Shown here piece after piece: positions 41,001 through 51,968 of a DNA stretch of 64,000 bases. A program made the position numbers and the translations under genes. The notes below the pieces were generated by a model. The model was not told where the DNA came from. It saw nothing but the letters and a program-made list of their open reading frames with translations, and ran no database searches. Within the stretch, counting starts at the first letter, position 1; each line of letters opens with the position of its first letter. Source of the stretch: the human T2T-CHM13v2.0 reference genome, Homo sapiens; assembly GCF_009914755.1 (NCBI RefSeq), contig NC_060928.1. One strand, 5' to 3'.

Positions 41001-44000
41001 TGAAAAAGGAAATATCTTCTCATAAAAACCAGAAAGAAGCATTCTCAGAAACTTCTTTGTGTTGTGTGTACTCAAGTAACAGTGTTGAACCTTCCTTTTG
41101 ACACAGCAGTTTTGAAACACTCTTTTGGTAGAATCTGCAAGTGGATATTTGGATAGCTTTGAGGATTTCGTTGGAAACGGGTTATCTTCATATAAAATCC
41201 AGACAGGAGCATTCTCAGAAACTTCTTTGTGCTGCATGTCCTCAATTCACAGAGCTGAACCTTTGTTTGGATACAGCATTTTGGAAACATTCCTTTAGTA
41301 GAATCTGCAAGTTGATATTTAGATAGCTTTGAAGATTTCGTTGGAAACGGGAATATCTTCATAGAAAATCTAGACGGAAGCATTCTCAGAAACTGCTTTG
41401 TGATGTTTGCATTCAAGTCACAGAGTTGAATATTCCCTTTTATAGAGTAGGTTTGAAACACTCTTTCGGCACTACCTGGAAGTGGATATTTCGAGCTCTT
41501 TGAGGCCTATGGTTAAAAGGAAATATCTTCCCATAAAAACTAGACAGAAGCCGTCTCAGAAACTTGTTTGTGATGTGTGTATTCAACTACCAGAGTTGAA
41601 CATTTCTGTTACAGAGCAATTTTAAAACACTCTTTTTGTGGAATCTGAAAGTGGATAATTGGATAGCTTTGTGGATTTCGTTGGAAACGGGATGACGTAT
41701 AAAATCTAGAGAGAAGCATTCTCAGGAACTTCTTTCTGATGTTTGCATTCAAGTCACAGAATTGAACATTCCTTTTCATAGTGCAGGTTTGAAACACTCT
41801 TTCTGTAGTATCTGGAAGTGGACATTTCAAGCGCTTTCAGGCCTACGGGGAGAAAGGAAATATCTTCAAATAAAAACTAGACAGAAGGATTCTCAGAAAC
41901 TTATTTGTGATGTGTGTCCTAAACGAACACAGTTGAACCTTTGTTTTGATACAGCATTTTGGAAACACTCCTTTTGTAGGATCTGCAGGTGGATATTTGG
42001 ATAGATTTTAAGATTTCGTTGGAAACGGGAGTTTCTTCATAGAAACTCAAGACAGATGCATTCTCAGAAACATCTCTGTGATGTTTGCATTCCACTCATA
42101 GAGTTGAAAACTTCCTTTCATAGAGCAGGTTTGAAACACTCTTTTTGTAATATTTGGAAGTGGACATTTGCAGCGCTTTGAGGCCTATGGTGAAAAAGGA
42201 AATATCTTCTCATAAAAACCAGAAACAAGCATTCTCAGAAACTTCTTTTTGATGTGTGTACTCAAGTAACAGAGTTGAACCTTCCTTTTGACACAGCAGT
42301 TTTGAAACAATCTTTTTGTAGAATCTGCAAGTGGATATTTGGATAGCTTTGAGGATTTCGTTGGAAACGGGATATCTTCATATAAAATCTAGACAGAAGC
42401 ATTCTCAGAAACTTCTTTGTGCTGTATGCCCTCAATTAACAGAGTTGAACCATTGCTTGGATACAGCATTTTGGAAACATTCCTTGAGTAGAATCTGCAA
42501 GTTGATATTTAGATAGATTTGAAGATTTCATTGGAAAAGGGAATATCTCCATATAAAATCTAGAGGGAAGCATTCTCAGAAACTGCTTTGTGATGTTTCC
42601 ATTCAAGTCACAGAGTTGAATATTCCCTTTTATAGAGCACGTTTGAAACACTCTTTCTGCACTATCTGGAAGTGGACATTTCGAGCGCTTTGAGGCCTAT
42701 GGTGAAAAAGGAAATATCTTCCCATAAAAACTAGACAGAAGCATTCTCAGAAACTTGTTTGTGATGTGTGTATTCAACTAACAGAGTTGAACTTTTGTTT
42801 TTACAGAGCCGTTTTAAAACACTCTTTTTGTGGAATCAGAAAGTGGATATTCGGATGGCTCTGAGGATTTCGTTGGAAGCGGGATTACATATAAAATCTA
42901 GAGAGAAGCATTCTCAGGAACTTCTTTGTGATGTTTGCATTGAAGTCACAGAATTGAACATTCACTTTGATAGAGCAGGTTTGAAACACTCATTCTGTAG
43001 TATCTGGAAGTGGACATTTCAAGCGCTTTCAGGCCTATGGTGAGAAAGGAAATATCTTCGAATAAAAACTAGACAGAAGCATCCTCAGAAACTTATTTGT
43101 GATGTGTGTCCTCAACTAACAGAGTTGAAACTTTGTTTTGATACAGCATTTTGGAAACACTCTTTTTGTAGAATCTGCAGGTGGATATTTGGATAGCTTA
43201 GAGGGATTCGTTGGAAAGGGGATATCTTCATATAAAATCTAGACAGAAGCATTCTCAGAAACTTATTTGTGATGTGTGTCCTCAACTAACAGAGTTGAAC
43301 CTTGGTTTTGATACAGCATTTTGGAAACGCTCCTTTTGTAGAATCTGCAGGTGGATATGTGGATAGCTCTGAAGATTTCGTTGGAAACGGGAATTTCTTC
43401 ATATAAAATCAAACAGAAGCATTCTCAGAAACTTCTCAGTGATGTTTGCATTCAGCTCATGGAGTTGAACACTTCCTTTCATAGAACCGGTTTGAAACAC
43501 TCTTTCTGCACTACCTGGAAGAGGACATTTCGAGCGCTTTGAGTCCTATGGTGAAAAAGGAAATATCTTCTCATAAAAACCAGAAAGAAGCATTCTCAGA
43601 AACTTCTTTGTGTTGTGTGTACTCATGTAACAGTGTTGAACCATCCTTTTGACAGAGCAGTTTTGAAACACTCTTTTTGTAGAATCTGCAAGTGGATATT
43701 TGGATAGCTTTGAGGATTTCGTTGGAAACGGGATGACATATAATATCTAGAGAGAAGCATACTCAGGAACTTCTTTGTGATGTTTGCATTCAAGTCACAG
43801 AATTGAACATTCCCTTTCATAGAGCAGGTTTGAAACACTCTTTCTCTAGTATCTGGAAGTGGGCATTTCAAGCGCTTTCAGGCCTATGGAGAGAAAGGAA
43901 ATACCTTCAAATAAAAACTAGACAGAAGCATTCTCAGAAACTTATTTGTGATGTGTGTCCTCAACTAACAGAGTTGAACCTTTGTTTTGATACAGCATTT

Positions 44001-47000
44001 TGGAAACACTCCTTTTGTAGAATCTGCAGGTGGATATTTGGATAACTTTGAAGATTTCGTTGGAAACCGGAATATCTTCATATAAAATCAAGACAGAAGC
44101 ATTCTCGGAAACATCTCTGTGATGTTTGCATTCAACTCAGTAGAGTTGAACACTTCCTTTCATAGAGCCGGTTTGAAACACTCTTTCTGCACTACCTGGA
44201 AGCAGACATTTCGAGCGCTTTGAGGCCTATGGTGAAAAAGGAAATATCTTCTCATAAAAACCAGAAAGAAGCATTCTCAGAAACTTCTTTGTGTTGTGTG
44301 TACTCAAGTAACAGTGTTGAACCTTCCTTTTGACACAGCAGTTTTGAAACACTCTTTTGGTAGAATCTGCAAGTGGATATTTGGATAGCTTTGAGGATTT
44401 CGTTGGAAACGGGTTATCTTCATATAAAATCCAGACAGGAGCATTCTCAGAAACTTCTTTGTGCTGCATGTCCTCAATTCACAGAGCTGAACCTTTGTTT
44501 GGATACAGCATTTTGGAAACATTCCTTTAGTAGAATCTGCAAGTTGATATTTAGATAGCTTTGAAGATTTCGTTGGAAACGGGAATATCTTCATAGAAAA
44601 TCTAGACGGAAGCATTCTCAGAAACTGCTTTGTGATGTTTGCATTCAAGTCACAGAGTTGAATATTCCCTTTTATAGAGTAGGTTTGAAACACTCTTTCG
44701 GCACTACCTGGAAGTGGATATTTCGAGCTCTTTGAGGCCTATGGTTAAAAGGAAATATCTTCCCATAAAAACTAGACAGAAGCCGTCTCAGAAACTTGTT
44801 TGTGATGTGTGTATTCAACTACCAGAGTTGAACATTTCTGTTACAGAGCAATTTTAAAACACTCTTTTTGTGGAATCTGAAAGTGGATAATTGGATAGCT
44901 TTGTGGATTTCGTTGGAAACGGGATGACGTATAAAATCTAGAGAGAAGCATTCTCAGGAACTTCTTTCTGATGTTTGCATTCAAGTCACAGAATTGAACA
45001 TTCCTTTTCATAGTGCAGGTTTGAAACACTCTTTCTGTAGTATCTGGAAGTGGACATTTCAAGCGCTTTCAGGCCTACGGGGAGAAAGGAAATATCTTCA
45101 AATAAAAACTAGACAGAAGGATTCTCAGAAACTTATTTGTGATGTGTGTCCTAAACGAACACAGTTGAACCTTTGTTTTGATACAGCATTTTGGAAACAC
45201 TCCTTTTGTAGGATCTGCAGGTGGATATTTGGATAGATTTTAAGATTTCGTTGGAAACGGGAGTTTCTTCATAGAAACTCAAGACAGATGCATTCTCAGA
45301 AACATCTCTGTGATGTTTGCATTCCACTCATAGAGTTGAAAACTTCCTTTCATAGAGCAGGTTTGAAACACTCTTTTTGTAATATTTGGAAGTGGACATT
45401 TGCAGCGCTTTGAGGCCTATGGTGAAAAAGGAAATATCTTCTCATAAAAACCAGAAACAAGCATTCTCAGAAACTTCTTTTTGATGTGTGTACTCAAGTA
45501 ACAGAGTTGAACCTTCCTTTTGACACAGCAGTTTTGAAACAATCTTTTTGTAGAATCTGCAAGTGGATATTTGGATAGCTTTGAGGATTTCGTTGGAAAC
45601 GGGATATCTTCATATAAAATCTAGACAGAAGCATTCTCAGAAACTTCTTTGTGCTGTATGCCCTCAATTAACAGAGTTGAACCATTGCTTGGATACAGCA
45701 TTTTGGAAACATTCCTTGAGTAGAATCTGCAAGTTGATATTTAGATAGATTTGAAGATTTCATTGGAAAAGGGAATATCTCCATATAAAATCTAGAGGGA
45801 AGCATTCTCAGAAACTGCTTTGTGATGTTTCCATTCAAGTCACAGAGTTGAATATTCCCTTTTATAGAGCACGTTTGAAACACTCTTTCTGCACTATCTG
45901 GAAGTGGACATTTCGAGCGCTTTGAGGCCTATGGTGAAAAAGGAAATATCTTCCCATAAAAACTAGACAGAAGCATTCTCAGAAACTTGTTTGTGATGTG
46001 TGTATTCAACTAACAGAGTTGAACTTTTGTTTTTACAGAGCCGTTTTAAAACACTCTTTTTGTGGAATCAGAAAGTGGATATTCGGATGGCTCTGAGGAT
46101 TTCGTTGGAAGCGGGATTACATATAAAATCTAGAGAGAAGCATTCTCAGGAACTTCTTTGTGATGTTTGCATTGAAGTCACAGAATTGAACATTCACTTT
46201 GATAGAGCAGGTTTGAAACACTCATTCTGTAGTATCTGGAAGTGGACATTTCAAGCGCTTTCAGGCCTATGGTGAGAAAGGAAATATCTTCGAATAAAAA
46301 CTAGACAGAAGCATCCTCAGAAACTTATTTGTGATGTGTGTCCTCAACTAACAGAGTTGAAACTTTGTTTTGATACAGCATTTTGGAAACACTCTTTTTG
46401 TAGAATCTGCAGGTGGATATTTGGATAGCTTAGAGGGATTCGTTGGAAAGGGGATATCTTCATATAAAATCTAGACAGAAGCATTCTCAGAAACTTATTT
46501 GTGATGTGTGTCCTCAACTAACAGAGTTGAACCTTGGTTTTGATACAGCATTTTGGAAACACTCCTTTTGTAGAATCTGCAGGTGGATATTTGGATAGCT
46601 CTGAAGATTTCGTTGGAAACGGGAATTTCTTCATATAAAATCAAACAGAAGCATTCTCAGAAACTTCTCAGTGATGTTTGCATTCAGCTCATGGAGTTGA
46701 ACACTTCCTTTCATAGAGCCGGTTTGAAACACTCTTTCTGCACTACCTGGAAGAGGACATTTCGAGCGCTTTGAGTCCTATGGTGAAAAAGGAAATATCT
46801 TCTCATAAAAACCAGAAAGAAGCATTCTCAGAAACTTCTTTGTGTTGTGTGTACTCATGTAACAGTGTTGAACCATCCTTTTGACAGAGCAGTTTTGAAA
46901 CACTCTTTTTGTAGAATCTGCAAGTGGATATTTGGATAGCTTTGAGGATTTCGTTGGAAACGGGATGACATATAATATCTAGAGAGAAGCATACTCAGGA

Positions 47001-50000
47001 ACTTCTTTGTGATGTTTGCATTCAAGTCACAGAATTGAACATTCCCTTTCATAGAGCAGGTTTGAAACACTCTTTCTCTAGTATCTGGAAGTGGGCATTT
47101 CAAGCGCTTTCAGGCCTATGGAGAGAAAGGAAATACCTTCAAATAAAAACTAGACAGAAGCATTCTCAGAAACTTATTTGTGATGTGTGTCCTCAACTAA
47201 CAGAGTTGAACCTTTGTTTTGATACAGCATTTTGGAAACACTCCTTTTGTAGAATCTGCAGGTGGATATTTGGATAACTTTGAAGATTTCGTTGGAAACC
47301 GGAATATCTTCATATAAAATCAAGACAGAAGCATTCTCGGAAACATCTCTGTGATGTTTGCATTCAACACAGTAGAGTTGAACACTTCCTTTCATAGAGC
47401 AGGTTTGAAACACTCTTTCTGCACTACCTGGAAGCGGACATTTCGAGCGCTTTGAGGCCTATGGTGAAAAAGGAAATATCTTCTCATAAAAACCAGAAAG
47501 AAGCATTCTCAGAAACTTCTTTGTGTTGTGTGTACTCAAGTAACAGTGTTGAACCTTCCTTTTGACACAGCAGTTTTGAAACACTCTTTTGGTAGAATCT
47601 GCAAGTGGATATTTGGATAGCTTTGAGGATTTCGTTGGAAACGGGTTATCTTCATATAAAATCCAGACAGGAGCATTCTCAGAAACTTCTTTGTGCTGCA
47701 TGTCCTCAATTCACAGAGCTGAACCTTTGTTTGGATACAGCATTTTGGAAACATTCCTTTAGTAGAATCTGCAAGTTGATATTTAGATAGCTTTGAAGAT
47801 TTCGTTGGAAACGGGAATATCTTCATAGAAAATCTAGACGGAAGCATTCTCAGAAACTGCTTTGTGATGTTTGCATTCAAGTCACAGAGTTGAATATTCC
47901 CTTTTATAGAGTAGGTTTGAAACACTCTTTCGGCACTACCTGGAAGTGGATATTTCGAGCTCTTTGAGGCCTATGGTTAAAAGGAAATATCTTCCCATAA
48001 AAACTAGACAGAAGCCGTCTCAGAAACTTGTTTGTGATGTGTGTATTCAACTACCAGAGTTGAACATTTCTGTTACAGAGCAATTTTAAAACACTCTTTT
48101 TGTGGAATCTGAAAGTGGATAATTGGATAGCTTTGTGGATTTCGTTGGAAACGGGATGACGTATAAAATCTAGAGAGAAGCATTCTCAGGAACTTCTTTC
48201 TGATGTTTGCATTCAAGTCACAGAATTGAACATTCCTTTTCATAGTGCAGGTTTGAAACACTCTTTCTGTAGTATCTGGAAGTGGACATTTCAAGCGCTT
48301 TCAGGCCTACGGGGAGAAAGGAAATATCTTCAAATAAAAACTAGACAGAAGGATTCTCAGAAACTTATTTGTGATGTGTGTCCTAAACGAACACAGTTGA
48401 ACCTTTGTTTTGATACAGCATTTTGGAAACACTCCTTTTGTAGGATCTGCAGGTGGATATTTGGATAGATTTTAAGATTTCGTTGGAAACGGGAGTTTCT
48501 TCATAGAAACTCAAGACAGATGCATTCTCAGAAACATCTCTGTGATGTTTGCATTCCACTCATAGAGTTGAAAACTTCCTTTCATAGAGCAGGTTTGAAA
48601 CACTCTTTTTGTAATATTTGGAAGTGGACATTTGCAACGCTTTGAGGCCTATGGTGAAAAAGGAAATATCTTCTCATAAAAACCAGAAACAAGCATTCTC
48701 AGAAACTTCTTTTTGATGTGTGTACTCAAGTAACAAAGTTGAACCTTCCTTTTGACACAGCAGTTTTGAAACAATCTTTTTGTAGAATCTGCAAGTGGAT
48801 ATTTGGATAGCTTTGAGGATTTCGTTGGAAACGGGATATCTTCATATAAAATCTAGACAGAAGCTTTCTCAGAAACTTCTTTGTGCTGTATGTCCTCAAT
48901 TAACAGAGTTGAACCATTGCTTGGATACAGCATTTTGGAAACATTCCTTGAGTAGAATCTGCAAGTTGATATTTAGATAGATTTGAAGATTTCGTTGGAA
49001 AAGGGAATATCTCCATAGAAAATCTAGAGGGAAGCATTCTCAGAAACTGCTTTGTGATGTTTCCATTCAAGTCACAGAGTTGAATATTCCCTTTTATAGA
49101 GCACGTTTGAAACACTCTTTCTGCACTATCTGGAAGTGGACATTTCGAGCGCTTTGAGGCCTATGGTGAAAAAGGAAATATCTTCCCATAAAAACTAGAC
49201 AGAAGCATTCTCAGAAACTTGTTTGTGATGTGTGTATTCAACTAACAGAGTTGAACTTTTGTTTTTACAGAGCCGTTTTAAAACACTCTTTTTGTGGAAT
49301 CAGAAAGTGGATATTCGGATGGCTCTGAGGATTTCGTTGGAAGCGGGATTACATATAAAATCTAGAGAGAAGCATTCTCAGGAACTTCTTTGTGATGTTT
49401 GCATTGAAGTCACAGAATTGAACATTCACTTTGATAGAGCAGGTTTGAAACACTCATTCTGTAGTATCTGGAAGTGGACATTTCAAGCGCTTTCAGGCCT
49501 ATGGTGAGAAAGGAAATATCTTCGAATAAAAACTAGACAGAAGCATCCTCAGAAACTTATTTGTGATGTGTGTCCTCAACTAACAGAGTTGAAACTTTGT
49601 TTTGATACAGCATTTTGGAAACACTCTTTTTGTAGAATCTGCAGGTGGATATTTGGATAGCTTAGAGGGATTCGTTGGAAAGGGGATATCTTCATATAAA
49701 ATCTAGACAGAAGCATTCTCAGAAACTTATTTGTGATGTGTGTCCTCAACTAACAGAGTTGAACCTTGGTTTTGATACAGCATTTTGGAAACGCTCCTTT
49801 TGTAGAATCTGCAGGTGGATATGTGGATAGCTCTGAAGATTTCGTTGGAAACGGGAATTTCTTCATATAAAATCAAACAGAAGCATTCTCAGAAACTTCT
49901 CAGTGATGTTTGCATTCAGCTCATGGAGTTGAACACTTCCTTTCATAGAACCGGTTTGAAACACTCTTTCTGCACTACCTGGAAGAGGACATTTCGAGCG

Positions 50001-51968
50001 CTTTGAGTCCTATGGTGAAAAAGGAAATATCTTCTCATAAAAACCAGAAAGAAGCATTCTCAGAAACTTCTTTGTGTTGTGTGTACTCATGTAACAGTGT
50101 TGAACCATCCTTTTGACAGAGCAGTTTTGAAACACTCTTTTTGTAGAATCTGCAAGTGGATATTTGGATAGCTTTGAGGATTTCGTTGGAAACGGGATGA
50201 CATATAATATCTAGAGAGAAGCATACTCAGGAACTTCTTTGTGATGTTTGCATTCAAGTCACAGAATTGAACATTCCCTTTCATAGAGCAGGTTTGAAAC
50301 ACTCTTTCTCTAGTATCTGGAAGTGGGCATTTCAAGCGCTTTCAGGCCTATGGAGAGAAAGGAAATACCTTCAAATAAAAACTAGACAGAAGCATTCTCA
50401 GAAACTTATTTGTGATGTGTGTCCTCAACTAACAGAGTTGAACCTTTGTTTTGATACAGCATTTTGGAAACACTCCTTTTGTAGAATCTGCAGGTGGATA
50501 TTTGGATAACTTTGAAGATTTCGTTGGAAACCGGAATATCTTCATATAAAATCAAGACAGAAGCATTCTCGGAAACATCTCTGTGATGTTTGCATTCAAC
50601 TCAGTAGAGTTGAACACTTCCTTTCATAGAGCCGGTTTGAAACACTCTTTCTGCACTACCTGGAAGCAGACATTTCGAGCGCTTTGAGGCCTATGGTGAA
50701 AAAGGAAATATCTTCTCATAAAAACCAGAAAGAAGCATTCTCAGAAACTTCTTTGTGTTGTGTGTACTCAAGTAACAGTGTTGAACCTTCCTTTTGACAC
50801 AGCAGTTTTGAAACACTCTTTTGGTAGAATCTGCAAGTGGATATTTGGATAGCTTTGAGGATTTCGTTGGAAACGGGTTATCTTCATATAAAATCCAGAC
50901 AGGAGCATTCTCAGAAACTTCTTTGTGCTGCATGTCCTCAATTCACAGAGCTGAACCTTTGTTTGGATACAGCATTTTGGAAACATTCCTTTAGTAGAAT
51001 CTGCAAGTTGATATTTAGATAGCTTTGAAGATTTCGTTGGAAACGGGAATATCTTCATAGAAAATCTAGACGGAAGCATTCTCAGAAACTGCTTTGTGAT
51101 GTTTGCATTCAAGTCACAGAGTTGAATATTCCCTTTTATAGAGTAGGTTTGAAACACTCTTTCGGCACTACCTGGAAGTGGATATTTCGAGCTCTTTGAG
51201 GCCTATGGTTAAAAGGAAATATCTTCCCATAAAAACTAGACAGAAGCCGTCTCAGAAACTTGTTTGTGATGTGTGTATTCAACTACCAGAGTTGAACATT
51301 TCTGTTACAGAGCAATTTTAAAACACTCTTTTTGTGGAATCTGAAAGTGGATAATTGGATAGCTTTGTGGATTTCGTTGGAAACGGGATGACGTATAAAA
51401 TCTAGAGAGAAGCATTCTCAGGAACTTCTTTCTGATGTTTGCATTCAAGTCACAGAATTGAACATTCCTTTTCATAGTGCAGGTTTGAAACACTCTTTCT
51501 GTAGTATCTGGAAGTGGACATTTCAAGCGCTTTCAGGCCTACGGGGAGAAAGGAAATATCTTCAAATAAAAACTAGACAGAAGGATTCTCAGAAACTTAT
51601 TTGTGATGTGTGTCCTAAACGAACACAGTTGAACCTTTGTTTTGATACAGCATTTTGGAAACACTCCTTTTGTAGGATCTGCAGGTGGATATTTGGATAG
51701 ATTTTAAGATTTCGTTGGAAACGGGAGTTTCTTCATAGAAACTCAAGACAGATGCATTCTCAGAAACATCTCTGTGATGTTTGCATTCCACTCATAGAGT
51801 TGAAAACTTCCTTTCATAGAGCAGGTTTGAAACACTCTTTTTGTAATATTTGGAAGTGGACATTTGCAACGCTTTGAGGCCTATGGTGAAAAAGGAAATA
51901 TCTTCTCATAAAAACCAGAAACAAGCATTCTCAGAAACTTCTTTTTGATGTGTGTACTCAAGTAACAA
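29089..51968 (+). repeat. HOR sub-block, copies 10-16 plus the start of 17, with alternating X/Y haplotypes (6,464-bp super-period)
   Basis: Copies 10-16 all carry offset 1745 T>A (ORF track KKFLSMLL at 30695-50087). X copies 10, 12, 15 carry 2121 T>A and 2153 C>A (extra ORF at 31014, 37478, 47174). Y copies 11, 13, 16 carry variants at 157, 256, 385, 1313, 1470 and 2188. Confidence 0.88.

Noticed and set aside
31014-47413. Extra 79-aa minus-strand ORF present only in copies 10, 12 and 15
   Set aside because: Created by the single 2121 T>A change that removes a minus-strand TGA stop. It is a useful haplotype marker but not a gene.
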